Assembly (NCBI GenBank): GCA_951406725.2
Contig: OX597823.1
Coordinates: forward strand, 101,432,001-101,496,000
Direction of reading: 5' to 3'
Source: Octopus vulgaris
Lineage: Eukaryota
DNA: 64,000 nt
Of the stretch, positions 37,521 through 51,661 are shown one piece after another (position 1 is the first letter of the stretch; each line of letters starts with the position of its first letter). The translations under genes were made by a program, and so were the position numbers. The notes beneath the pieces were generated by a model. That model saw nothing but the letters and a program-made list of their open reading frames with translations. It ran no database searches and was not told the DNA's origin.

Positions 37521-39324
37521 ACACTAACTGTTAATAATGACATAAAGAAATAAAGACTTGATGGCTACGGCTTCCTCGTCTTTGATCATAGGTGTGCCTT
37601 CTCGCAAAGAGTTCACTTGGGACTAAAAAATATCAACAGACATAAGCACTTCTGATATTTTTTTATTGGCTTCATAATCTCTTTAGAAGAGGCCACACTG
37701 TTAGACCTTTATGGGATCTTCAGAGCCTTATTGAACGGATCAAGAGAGTACTTAACTGGTAATTTATTTGTCGATCTCCGAAGGGATTACAAGTAAAATC
37801 GAGTTGTTTAGTAGAGTGTTGTAAACGAGAAAAAATATCGGAATGCATTTTATCCGAGACGCTAACAGCACTGTTAATGCAGTACTTTATGAATTTTCAC
37901 TCACCAGAGTACATGTATATTTTACTCCAGCTACAGGAGCCCCTCTCTCCACTGAATTCAACACCGAGAATCGGTAAGGCGGCAAATTGGCAGAGTCGTT
38001 ACCGTGGCGGACAAAATGCTTAGCGGTATGTCGTTCGTCTTTGCGTTCAAATTCCGCCGAGGTCGACTAAATCTTTAATATTTCTTAATATGACGGGCAG
38101 AAAGTAAATAAGAAATTTTTACGGAAAATAAAGAATTGTAAGGGTTGAAACGAAATTTTGTCAGTGAACCAACGAATCAGTATCGAAGAAACCAGAAAAA
38201 ACCGTTGACAAAAGAAAAACACGAAGTAAATAAGGAATTTTTAGGGAAATTAAGTAAGTGAAATTTAAGTGAAATTTTTTAAGTTACTTCTGTCAGTAAA
38301 TTATGAACTTATTCTTATCAGTAATTCTGTTAAAAACAAAATAAAAAATATAAAAAAAAAAAACAAAACACGAAACGTTGCAAAAGTAAATAAGAAATTT
38401 GTAGGCAAATTTCACGAAGTGTACGGATTGCAAACTGATTTAATTTCTACCAGCACTGACTTCAAGTAATTGCAGCCAATAACTCAGGCTCCTTTTATTG
38501 AGCCTTGTCGCAGTTAATTTATTTTTGTTTCAGCGTCTGGCTTGTGTCTTTGAAGTGCCCCGTGTCAAAAAATGTCATTCGTAGCAAATGTTCTCTTGAG
38601 ATTGTTCACACATGCGTGACTCGGGTTCAGAAGTTACAGCCTGAGTTATCTATAATCGTAAAATTTAAAAGGAATTCAAATTCAATGTTTTCTTGAAACA
38701 ATAAATCAGAAGGGAATAAACATATCAGGATACTTTACTGTTTCATCAGCGGAATTTTTATCAGGATATCTACTATGATATAGAAACCTGTGACATATCT
38801 CTAGCACAGATACGTTCAATATTCTTTATGAAATACTTTAAAAGAGTGCTCGAATAATTATGAATAACATTAAAAATATAATTTTCACTCACCTAAATTA
38901 AATTAGCCTGAATAAAAATTATACGAATAAATACTATTCACACTTTCACAAATCGGTTGACAGAGTGCTCAATAAATCAGAGATAGAGCAAGTAATATGA
39001 GGTATAAATACAGCTAAAAGGAAAAGGCATTTTGATGTGTAATTAAAATAGAATCGTATATTCTAGATCGGTTCCGAATTCAATCGTGTTTCTAGAACAT
39101 ATCACACAATAAAAAATATATGAGCACGCGATGCCTTCATCAATGGGTCGGGAAAGAGGTTGATATGAAAAGTTTACTGTTTATATACATCGTGATGCAG
39201 AATCCAGTAATATATGGACATTTTCGAAATATCAATAAACAATTACGTTCACTTTGCTTTCGAAAGATATTACAAGCTTGCTTGAATCACTGAAATCGAC
39301 ATAAAAACGTATATGAGTATGTGT

Positions 39325-39365
<41 letters not shown>

Positions 39366-39420
39366 CACACACACATACATATATATATGTATGTATATAT
39401 AAAAGAATACAAAAAATGGG

Positions 39421-39460
<40 letters not shown>

Positions 39461-39546
39461 GTGTGTGTGTGCATATGCACATGTAAATATATTCATACCC
39501 GAAGCATGTATGTGTATATATATGTATGTATATATATATGTGTATG

Positions 39547-39604
<58 letters not shown>

Positions 39605-40047
39605 GAGATACATACATATTTACACACAAACACACCCACATACGTTTGTGTTTGTGTATTTATAAGAAAACACATGCATATTTTTATATATATATGTGTG
39701 TATGCATGTATGATACATATATACATAAACGTACACATACACATATTTATATTGCCATTTGGTAATTCTCTTCTGTTTAGTGAAAACGTGTTATTTATTG
39801 TTATATATTTTCGAACATATTAGACATGAAAAGCGTGATCATGTTTATACCGTTAGCCATCTTATTTAGTCATCTACACACAACGCGCGCGCGCAGACAC
39901 ATACACACACGCGCGCGCTCAAACACCTATTCACTCACACACAACACATATATTCACACACCCACACCTACACACTCCCACACATATATTTATATATATG
40001 CATACATGCCTGCATATACACATGTATGTATATATATATACATACGG

Positions 40048-40088
<41 letters not shown>

Positions 40089-42047
40089 TATATACACATA
40101 TATACAGACACATGAATTCATATATGTTATGTTTGTCTGTGGTTTATTGGTGTGTTATACGAGGAACAGCTCTTTCAGACATGTAGAGAAAACACATCTA
40201 ATTGCTAGTTTCCACTTTTATTATCAAAGAGATTTTAGCTTTCATATTTTCGAATTTCTTTGCATTTATTTTGACACAGAAAAGTTTTAAAACAATTGCT
40301 TTCTTATGTAGATCTTCAATAGTCTCATTTTTAGAATGTGGTGATGCTGGTTCTTGTGGTTACCTCAGTGTAGTAAGAGTCAGGGGCAATGCCACTAGGG
40401 TAAGCGATATCGCCATTATATCCTTTGGGTCTCTACGTCATCATTCAGATGTTGATTTTTGTTTAGACTACTGTGATGTCCGCACCAGTCTAGATGGTCA
40501 TGCCTTCCATAGAAAGGCAGCTACATAAACCAGTATCCTATCATTCAGAAGATAACTTTATAAATGTATAGAAATTTTCCTAATGTATTTGAGAAATGTA
40601 TTATTGCAGCAATCTGCATGGAACTCATCAAAATATGGATAAATCTTCATAGAAAAGATCAATACAGAACACAATCGTGTTTTCAATATGTCCCTCTGTC
40701 TCTCTCTGCATCTCTCTATCTGTCTGTCTCTCTTTCTCTCGCTCTCTCTCTCTCTCTCTCACTCTATCTATCTATCTCACACACACATACACACACGCAA
40801 ACACGCACGCGCGCACACATCTTTCTATCATTGTTAACTTTGGCACACTCTTGTTATAAGATTGATCTACAGTTGTTGTTTCCATTTTGTTTCCTTGATC
40901 TCCGTCCTCACTTTGTATAATTAATAACTTTGTTCAGTAATATAATTCTTAATCACTCTTTATCATCGCTATCGAACACAACTAAAAAATTATTCGAAAA
41001 TCATAAAAAATATTCAATTAACATCCGAGGAAGGGACTAATCCATTTTTTAAATCGCATTTTCTTAGCATGATATTTTACTGCCCTTTCTGTAACATCTA
41101 TTCGTTATTGTTTCCTTCACACCCCCACACATAGCCCCATATATCTCAGATCCACCTTGAAGTAATTACTAGTTAACATTAATTAATCCAGCAACAAAGA
41201 GCTGGAATTAATAAGAAACTTAAAGGAACGCCCAAACAACATAATAACCATCATCACATTCTCTATTGAAAATCAGTATGGTTTCGACACCAAGCAGTAC
41301 CTTTCAATCCAATGGTGTCAACAATGTCAAAAATATTTAAATGCTGCTGGGGAATTATTAGAAGTAATGACAAAATCATGCAAATGTACTTGCGATGAAA
41401 GAACTTTCCCACAACACTTAAGACTAGACATACATTAGCAAACAAACAAGTTTAGAAACATTAAGTGTTTCTCCTCATCCAAGAGCAAAAAATAATTTGA
41501 AGGAATAAATTGAGAGTAAACTCGTGATTATTAAACCAATCTACTAATGAATGCTAAACGGAATAAAATAAAGTGGAAAGCAAATATTACACAAATGTTA
41601 ATTAAACATTAAAGTAACGGAAAATTACGATTAGTTGTGGTAATAAACGAATGCTTTCAGTTGGATGTGGTGGTGACTTGTTCAGTTCTTCATTCTTGAT
41701 GAAGGAAGTGACATGTTGTACATCATTCTCGTGGGTGGAATGAGATGTTAAAGATCGTATCAATCACTCGCATGGCTATCTTGGATGGGTTAGTGATGAA
41801 GCGCGTTTTCTACAGAGGTAAGTCAGCATACGATTGGTGGAATTTTGACCAGTTAATTGGCTTGAAGGACCAAATAGTTCAATGGGCAGAGGTTATTGTG
41901 TAGAGTGGGTTGCTTTGATTAGTTACTGGTCACACGACTTATTACTTAATCAAGATAACTCTGCCGACATTAATGATTTCGGTGGCAGAATAAAGGTTTC
42001 ACGTTGAGACGAGGGTATTTCGCTACTTTTCTCTCTTTATGTGTATA

Positions 42048-42440
42048 CTAGCAGTATCGCCCGGCGTTGCTCGGGTTTGTTTCGACCCTTTAGAATTGGA
42101 AGTTTTGGAAAGTAAAAATTTTGCATTATGTAGCTTGTTATTCTCTTTAAGTGAACATTTTTCTGGTTGAAAAACACCGAAAAATGGCGACACAGCAGTA
42201 AAAAAATCGTAAAAAATAGGGATTTTCATAGTAAAGAGGCTCCTTTTTAATGTAAATAATTTTTGGTGTTAACATGGTCCGATTTGAATTTTTTCTTCTA
42301 CGGAAAGGAAGAGCAAGCCTTCTTCTATCATACTCTCAATCTTGGTCAACTTGCGCCGCAGGGTCTCGGAGGAGATAGTGTTAGTTGAAGGCTACCAAAC
42401 CTGCCATACACAGACAACTTCAGCTTTAAATAGAGAGAGA
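42048..42440 (-). mobile_element. Non-autonomous Helitron, family HA
   Basis: Near-identical to 26136-26520, with TC...hairpin-CTAG termini and an A|T site. Confidence 0.9.
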
Positions 42441-43633
42441 TTGTATGATGAATGCATCTTTGGTTATTTTCACGTAGATTATTACTAAGCTGTGTATCTA
42501 TACTTTGATGTTGCGGTTGAATAACAGAGAGACATGTTCATCTCCTATCTCTTCTTATTCATTTTGTCATTACTTTATATTGTCTTATTTCTCGGGATAA
42601 GATTACCCGGATCTCTGGAAATAGGAGTTAGCGGTTAATATGGAAATAAACCGTTATGAAACAAATGAACTGCTGTTTGGCAATGCATAGCATCCGATAG
42701 CCACTTTGGTTAGGATAATAATTGAAGCTGTGGAAGCTGCATAGTGGCGAGTCATCCACGGACCAGCGATGACATTCAGACGATGCTGGATACAGCAACC
42801 TTGGTGAGACCAACAACCAGAATCATCCACAAATGCAAATTACTCCTAATGTCTGTAATCCTGGTGAACATAGACATTAGCCAACGTACCAATCAATGAC
42901 TCACACAAACCCGTGCAGGCTCGACCAGATGTCACTACTTCAGTCATGTTTTCTTCTCCTTACAGTACAACACATTGATTTTGCTTAGAACTAGGATCTT
43001 TTACTGTAACGATCCCGTAGGGAAATAATGCAATTTCGCCTCCTGTGGGATTTGAACTCAGAGCATAACGTAACGCAGCTAAATATCGTAAGGTATTTTG
43101 CTAAATATTTTACCAATTTTGTTGATATTTAAAAATACTGGAAAATATTAAAACAAAACATGAAAAACTGTTGCAATAAAAATTTTGCCAATTTCTGTGC
43201 AGGAACGGGAGAAGAGTAAAAAACAAACAGACAACATTTATGTTCTTTTTTCTTTCTTTTGTTAATTGACATAAAAACGAAAGACTGGCTGTTAGAATAT
43301 TGACTCTAATGTTCTGTATATATATTCCCCAAAGCATAATCTCATATGTTAAGACTACACAAGTGGGGTTTTTCCTTTTGTACGTTATCTGTAAAATACA
43401 CAATAAATTAGTCATAAAGAATATATAGCACACAGACATACCAACATACACACATAGAATGGAATAGTGCACGAGTAAATTCTTATGAAATTGGCTTTGT
43501 CTCCGGCTATGTTTAACAAGAACATCGCCGACGGAAGGTTTAAAATAGTAATGATCCACTTCTACACTATACTACAAGGATCGGTAGACCCAATTGTTTG
43601 CATGTCCAGCTAAAAGCGTTGACAGAAGATAAA

Positions 43634-43898
43634 CTGTTGTGCCTGGGGAGAGTCATTTTCTTTTTGTGCCTTATAGTGTAACACACTCACCGGTAAAATT
43701 TCCACTTGTTTCTTATTTTTATTTTCCTAAAATTTTCGTTGCGTCTTGTAACCTTTTCAATAGTTTTGACTCTCAAAAGGTTGCAAGACGCAACGAAAAT
43801 TTTAGGAAAATAAAAATAAGAAACAAGAGGAAATTTTACCGGTGAGTGTGTTACATAATAAGGCACAAAAAGAAAATGACTCTCCCCAGACACAACAG
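43634..43898. repeat. 265-bp fold-back palindrome (arms about 124 bp, 17-nt loop)
   Basis: CTGTTGTGCCTGGGGAGAGTC...AACCTTTT mirrors AAAAGGTT...GACTCTCCCCAGACACAACAG with few mismatches. Confidence 0.95.
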
Positions 43899-44403
43899 AA
43901 TATGCTTCAACACACGAACTCATATAAAGAATCTTGCAAATCCAAAAAAGAAGAGAAACAGAAGCGCAAAAAAAGCGTGATGAGGTGGCTTATACTACAG
44001 CAGAAATGACAGGGATTATACAAACGATGCAATACACACGGGCGGGATTGGGACGGAGTCGGAAAAATGGATATGCTTCCACAATAATAATTGTGAATAA
44101 AGAAATGTATGATACAAAAGGGGAGGAGCTGGTGACGAAAGCACTTAGATTAGGAAGTCAATGTGTAAGGAGAGCATAAGAGGTGACCGAGAAAGGGAAA
44201 CTATCGTGGAGAATGGTGTCTAAATGGAGCCAACTAAGTAGCAACATTCACTCTCTCTTACACACGCGCGCGCGCGCACACGCTCACACGCACACATACA
44301 CACACGCACGCCCCCACCCCACAAGAATCTATGTATATTTATAATAGAATGAAAGGATACACAGGCAAACGACTGGGATTTGGGTCAGATGATGGTTTTT
44401 ATA

Positions 44404-44920
44404 TCTATATATATAAAACTGTAGTTGTGTGAGTGTCTGTCCCCTTCGATTTAGATTCCTAACTCCTCCCACATTTTGCGGTGCAGTTTAACCAAATTCG
44501 GGTATCTTATAGTCGTGATTAATTTCGAGCCCGTCTGGCTATTAGCGCGCGTCTACGATGAGTCTACGATTTTTAAAATAATTTAACATCATTTTTTATT
44601 CCATTTTAATGCATAATTTTTCGTGTGTCGATGGCGGCGGAGTTGGCGTCCACGCTCAACCACCTGCACCTGTGTTTGCTTCTCCCCCTTCTTCCCTCCT
44701 TCGTGAAGCTGTGGGGAAGGGAGTGTAAAGAAATCAACGTCGTAATGCGTTGTCAAGGAGACCAGCGTTCTTTTAGAACAACGACTTCATGGCTTGAAGA
44801 CACCAAAACAGAAATGGCTAAGAAAGCCCGAATTGGCATCTATAAGGGAAGTAACTCTCTAAAAATGCTTATATAGTTATTTCCCTTACAAACCCGAGCA
44901 ACGCCGGGCGATACTGCTAG
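44404..44920 (+). mobile_element. Non-autonomous Helitron, family HB, unit 1
   Basis: A|TCTATATATATAAA start; ends AAACCCGAGCAACGCCGGGCGATACTGCTAG. Confidence 0.9.
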
Positions 44921-45319
44921 TCTTTATATATAAAAGTGAAGTTGTGTGTCTGTCTCCTACGATTTAGATTCCTAACTACTCCCACATTTTGCGGTGCAGT
45001 TTAACCAAAACAGGGTATCTTATAGACGTGATTCATATCGAACCCTTCTGGGTATTAGCGCGCGTCTACGATGAGTCAACGATTTAAAAAAAAATTACCA
45101 TCATTTTTTTTTCCATTTTAATGCATTTTTTCGCTATTATATAAGGGAAGTAACTCTCTAAAAATGTCTACGATGAGTCAACGATTTAAAAAAAAACTTA
45201 CCATCATTTTTTTTCCATTTTTAATGCGTTTTTTTGCTATTTTTTGGCTATAACTCTCTAAAAATGCTTATATAGTTATTTCCCTTACAAACCCGAGCAA
45301 CGCCGGGCGATACTGCTAG
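44921..45319 (+). mobile_element. Non-autonomous Helitron, family HB, unit 2 (head-to-tail with unit 1)
   Basis: Starts TCTTTATATATAAA immediately after CTAG and has the same 3' end, followed by T. Confidence 0.9.
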
Positions 45320-45604
45320 TATTATATAAATCAAATCTAGGAGAATTCAATATAAACAAGAGTTTACTATATTTATACAACATATATATTTGAGGGAAAC
45401 AAATACGTAAAGGAGAATAAATCACAAGAGATCAGTAAAAGTTGCACCAAGGGATGTTCATCCTGGTTGCGATATCTGTTGGTATACGCCAGAAGAAGAC
45501 ATAAGGTTATGTCCATAGTGCTGATAACATAGTTATCACAGGTAAAAGCTTAAAACTGAAAGAGAAGGAAGAAGGCATGCAGATATACATGCATACAAAG
45601 GTAT

Positions 45605-45836
45605 GCGGCGAGCTGGCAGAAACGTTAGCACGCTGGGCGAAATGCTTACCGGTATCTCGTCTGCAGCTACGTTCTGAGTTCAAATTCCGCCGAGGTCGAC
45701 TTTGCCTTTCATCCATTCGGGGTCGATTAAATAAGTACCAGTTACGCACTGGGGTCGATGTAATCGACTTAATCCGTTTGTCTGTCCTTGTTTGTCCTCT
45801 CTGTGTTTAGCCCCTTGTTGATAGTAAAGAAATAGG
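45605..45836 (+). mobile_element. S2 SINE (long-tail subtype)
   Basis: S2 head and ...TGTGTTTAGCCCCTTGTTGATAGTAAAGAAATAGG tail; AGGTATGCG is repeated at both ends. Confidence 0.9.
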
Positions 45837-46633
45837 TATGCGTACATACATACATAAGCATGTCGCTTGTCCCCCGGTTAATCATAACTGAGTAAACCTA
45901 TGATCGTAAGCATTCCATCGTAATTATCCCAAATTTATCTATGTGCAGGGGGTCCAGAATTTCATTATACAGTGTATCACTTCCCTAGACGTTAGAATAA
46001 GACTTGCGATAGATTTGGCTACTGTATCTAGCAGGTTGATCGATCACATGTAGGCTCTTGCGTATAACAAGTGCGTATATGTGAAAATATAACAGAATAC
46101 AATATACTGACAAAGAAACCATTAGGGTGCGTCTGTGTGGTGTTTGTGTGTCTGTTTGTGTGTGTGTGTGCGTTGATGGGCGTTTGCGTGTATAAATATG
46201 TATGCATGCTTAGGTATCAGTTTTATCAAATACGATATTAAAGAATCGTTTATAAACGTAATCCGCAAGAAAATCCTACGGCAAGTCATGTCTGCAGTGT
46301 AAAATTTGGCAACCATCCTGACAGTATTGCTCTCAATTTGTAATTTATTCAAATTCAGCATATTTGTTATCAGAACTATACGCATCACATGAAGAAGTCG
46401 AGAGAAATAAAGAGGAGAAAAATGCTTCCTACAATGTTGATTTCTTCCAAAAATCCATGTATCCAACTATCCATACACATGGTGTTCACGCATTTTTTCT
46501 CCCCTTCATTTTTAAAGATGTTCAGGCGGTGTTATCTCCCTCTCTTTCTTTCTTTCTTTCTTTCTTTATTCATTTACTTATTTCGGTATTTAGTTCCCTA
46601 CTAAGCACGAGTTCAGGTTAGATTACAATATAT

Positions 46634-46850
46634 ATTTCTTTATTATCCACAAGGGGCTAAACACAGAGGGGACAAACAAGGACAGACAAACGGATTAAGT
46701 CAGTGCGTAACTCGTACTTAATTTATCGACCCCAAAAGGATGAAAGGCAAAGTCGACCTCGGCGGAATTTGAACTCAGAACGTAGCGGCAGACGAAATAC
46801 GGCTACGCATTTCATCCGGGGTGCTAACGTTTCTGCCAGCTCGCCGCCTT
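46634..46850 (-). mobile_element. S2 SINE (long-tail subtype)
   Basis: Reverse complement of 45605-45836; imperfect flanking repeat TTCAGG.TA.ATTACAATATAT. Confidence 0.9.
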
Positions 46851-47343
46851 ATTCAGGGTAAATTACAATATATTCCCAGCACTAATGGCTTATCGTCGCT
46901 TATATTTAGCGATGAAGAAGCATCTCAATAGAAGTGACGAGAGAGCTCTCCACGTGGTCGGTCGGTCGTTCGGTAGTCCGAACTTGCTGAAATAACAGCC
47001 AAATTTCACTCGGATCAAACCTATACCGTCTAAGAGCTCGTTGGATAATGTGAGTCTTTGATTCCGTGATCTGTGATCACGTCTGAAACACTTTAATTAT
47101 AAGTCTGTTTAGTCAGGGCTGTCCTGGTGTTACACGATAGTAACAACATCTATCGAGGCAACGAAGAAGTTTTCTACGTGGTTACACGATCGGTGAGAAA
47201 TAGGAGACAAATCTTTCTCAGATCACACCCTCCCATCTTAAAAATGGTGGTATTTTAAGACATTTAAAAAATTATTTTAAATTCTATTTGTTTTCAAACC
47301 CAAGTACATTTTCCATTCCCAAATCAATTCTCTCTCTCTCTCA

Positions 47344-47447
<104 letters not shown>

Positions 47448-47559
47448 TATGTATTTACATGATGTTAAATGTATGTCTGGTCATAAAGTGATCAATGGTT
47501 TCGCATCCACAAAGCCCTTAGCTTTATAGACAACTCGCCAGACTCCAATAAAAAAGGTA

Positions 47560-47850
47560 AGGATAAACACTACCTTCGGTCACAAATGACCATCGGATTG
47601 CATCCAGAAATTTCCCCTCCGAGGCACAATTCTAGGCAAGGTTAGTAGAAGACCAGCAGTTACCCATGCATACCAGTCTCTCCTTGGTACCAGTGACGCC
47701 GTAACTCATTTTCTACAGCTGAGTGAACTGCAGCGCTGAGAAATATAGTATTTTGCTCAAGAACACAACACACGGTCCAGTATAGGAATCGAACTCACAA
47801 CTTCACGATTGTAAACCCGTCACTCTAACCACATAGCCATGTGCCTTCCC
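47560..47850 (-). mobile_element. tRNA-derived SINE, family S3
   Basis: Minus strand has A-box TGGCTATGTGG and B-box GAGTTCGATTCC, then TTGTGTTCTTGAGCAAAATAC...CAGTTCACTCAGCTGTAGAAAATGAGT, a CORE/V-like central domain. Confidence 0.75.
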
Positions 47851-48664
47851 TCAGTAAAACAGCTGTAGATGCAAATTCTATTGCTAGATAATCATTTCTT
47901 CACAATTCACTTGAAATTAAGGAATAAAGAAAAATGTGGATAGCATTAAATACACATATCTAATCTATCTCTTTTTTGTTGCCTGCTTATTACGAGGTTC
48001 TTAAAATTTTTAGTCTGTAATAATCATGTATAGCTCCATTTCATTCTGTTTAGAAATCAAATAAGTTAATTAGTCTGTTTATAAAACGAGACATTGTTTA
48101 ATAAAGAGATGGGAGCAAAGAACAATTCAGCAATATTTTGGCGGGTCATAGTATTTCTTAGTTTAAGGATGTGTGATCTTAGCAGCATATCAGTTAAGCA
48201 CTCTATACATCGAATTATTAACCATTCTAAATAATCCTGAGTATTCGCAAGCACAAAGAAAAGACATGTAACGCTTTGTGAATATTAGTATAACAATGAT
48301 ATCCTGGATTTGGTGAATTAGTGTGTAAAGCAATTATTGGGTTAATTAGGAAGATTCCAAGAATTATATTTAATTAAGTAATTCAAACTTATGCAGGAAG
48401 ATATTCAAAGTAGACCAGAAATATCAAGTGCACAAGATATCAATGCTGATTATCGTATAGTGTCAGTATAGAAAACCAATGATTATATGAATTGGCTCAC
48501 ACAACATTTATCAGCTACTGGGAGTCGATTTTTCCCTTTCTGCTAAAATTGTGGCCTTGTTCCAATAATAGATATAGTTAATATAAACCACGATCCCCGA
48601 ATATTCAGTGAATAATATTAAAATATACTCATTGAAAGTCTTGGTAGTCGAATTCTCCTAGCAA

Positions 48665-48807
48665 ACACGAGGAGAACGATTAATACTAGAATTAGTGGAG
48701 TCTTCAAACTGTTAGGTTTCAATATTTCCGATTGTTAAAATCGGAAATATTGAAACCTAACAGTTTGAAGACTCCACTAATTCTAGTATTAATCGTTCTC
48801 CTCGTGT
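48665..48807. repeat. Perfect palindrome with 69-bp arms and a 5-nt loop
   Basis: 48665-48733 is the exact reverse complement of 48739-48807. Confidence 0.97.
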
Positions 48808-49190
48808 AGAGACGAGCTGGTAGAGACGTTAGCACGCCGGGCGAAATGCTTAGCGGTATTCCGTCCGTCTTTACGCTCTGAGTTCAAATTCCGCCGAGGT
48901 CGACTTTGCCTTTCATCCTTTCGGGGTCGATTAAATAAGTACCAGTTAAGCACTAGAGTCGATATAATCGACTTAATCCGTTTGTCTGTCCTTGTTTGTC
49001 CTCTCTGTGTTTAGCCTCTTGTGGGTAGTAAAGAAATAGGTATTACGTTCTGAGTTCAAATTCTGCCGAGGTTGACTTTGCCTTTCATCCTTTCGGGTCG
49101 ATAAATTAAGTATTAGTTGCGTACTGTGGTCAATCTAATCGACTGCCCCCTCCTCCAAAATTTCGGGCCTAGAGTAGAACAGAAAAGAAT
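48808..49190 (+). mobile_element. Dimeric S2 SINE, followed by an older S2 monomer (49206-49410)
   Basis: Same two-part organisation as 29731-30127. Confidence 0.9.
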
Positions 49191-50169
49191 ATCTGTGATT
49201 GTTAAAGGCGGCGAGTTGGCAGAATCATTACCGCGCCGAACTGAAATGCTTTGCGGCGTTTCTTCCGACGTTACGTTCTGAGTTCAAATTCCACTGAGGT
49301 CGAATTTGCCTTTCATCCTTTCGGGGTTGATAAAATGAGTGCCAGTTGAGCACTGGGGTCGATGTAACCGCCCCAGAAATTGCTGAACTGCCAAAATTCG
49401 AAACGAATATTTCCTATTGTTTAGGAAACAGCAACAACCACAATAAAAGCAAAAGCAGCAATAACTGCAGCAACTTCAGCAACAGCAATAACTATTTGCA
49501 GTAAAAAACAAAAACAAAAAAGAAAACCGCTTAAAACAGACAACTTAGAAATGAACCACCAATGCGAGAGTTTGAACGTGCTCACCTGAACTACTAAAAT
49601 TGTCAATTAGAAGATAATGATACCTTTGATAAAACTGGCATAAGACTAATATTGAAGCTTAGGCAAGATGGTCACGCCTGAAACGCCTTTGATCATAGTG
49701 TTAGTTAATAAGCCAGGACTGATCGGGATCTAAACAACATCAGCATCAATAAGCCACAATGAAATAACAAACACAAAATGTCTCCTTCCAAGATTTTTGC
49801 GATAATATTTTCCCCAAGGAGCGTTAAATTTTTATTTATTTATTCATTTATATTTCATGTTATTTTATTTTATTTTGTTTTATTTTATTTATTTACTTTG
49901 AGAATTACATCAGAGCAACTAACTTGTCTGAATATATTCCGTGTCGACGCACAGACTGTCACTTGACTCCTAAGTTCAGTTGATTTGTTTAGCAAGAACT
50001 TTTTAGCATTACCTCTCATCACCTCAGCGCCTCCAAACTCCACTGACAGAAAGGTCAAAGGTTATGCATTCCGTTAGAGAGATTTTAGAAGACAATCCGA
50101 AACAAAAAGTATTTCAAACGATCAGTTCATGTAATGTATTCTATAGTTCTCATAATATTCTCATATGCA

Positions 50170-50218
<49 letters not shown>

Positions 50219-50377
50219 GTGTCTCTCTCTCTCTCTCTATTCCTCTCCCTGCCTCCTCTCTCTTTCTCTTTCCTCCTCTTCCTTCTGCTCATTTCTGTAT
50301 CTTTTCACGTCTATGTCCATATGTTGGTCTCCCTCCTTCTCAATGTCTATTTGATTCTTTATGTCTTCGATTCTCTG

Positions 50378-50415
<38 letters not shown>

Positions 50416-51173
50416 TCTCTCATATCCCTTCTGTCTCTCCTACCCACTGATTACTTTAATTACATTCTGTAACGCTCCTCCTTTCCTTACGTCATTCTTT
50501 GTCTCCCTTTATTCCCAACCAACCCACGCTTTCCTCGCATTAGTCACATTTTATTACTTTCTCTATATCTCATCAGTTTGTATTTTTCCTGCCCCCACAA
50601 CCTCTTTTTCTCTCTATCACTCTTCCTGTGATACACATATTCTTTTACTGCATTTCTATCTCTCTCTAGCCGTTTATCTTACTCTTTTATTCCCTCTTCC
50701 TTTTCTATTCTGATCTCACGTTGTGTTTTTCTACCTCTGTATCTTTGTTTCAATCAGTCATTCTCTAATTCCTCTCTGCTTTACTCTGTCTGACAATCTG
50801 TATTAATCTATACTTAATTATATTTACATATATTTCCCTGTTAAACATTATCCCTCGATCTTGCAGTTATTCCTACCACATGGCTATGCCAATATTTGTC
50901 TGTTCATTCTTACATCACTCACAGAACTAATCAACAATTCCCCAGCACGCTCACTCTAACATATCAAAACCAACCATACTAAACACTATACTGCATTAGC
51001 TATTCTCGGTTAATAGAACTTTTTTTTTTCCTAACTGAAAGAATTGTGATGGCAAGTCCATTAAGCCAATTTAAAAATGCGTCACCTTCTGGTAAATATT
51101 AAGTGAATCAAAGTCATTTGAGAATACCTACCTACCTATCTACTTACCTTCCTACACACACGCACACACACTC

Positions 51174-51264
<91 letters not shown>

Positions 51265-51343
51265 TGTGTTTATATATGTATGCTTGTTTGTATATATATA
51301 TATAAGTATGTATGTACATACATACTTATATATATACATGCAA

Positions 51344-51380
<37 letters not shown>

Positions 51381-51661
51381 CATATATACACACATATACA
51401 CACATACTCACTCACACACATACACACATATATGTACACAAGAGAGAGAAAGAGAGAGAGAGAGAGAGATAGTATAGAAGGGATAAGTTATCCTGGCGGA
51501 TACCGTTTCACCTTTTGAATTAGTTTAGATGCCGGCTATCCACAACGGTCCATTATATGGTACTCAAGCTTAGAAAGAGATACTGGTACTGGTAAACTTC
51601 ACGCGTTGGGTAATTCCGTGTTCCCGTTCAGAACTGCAACTATTCCGGAGAGTATTTAATA

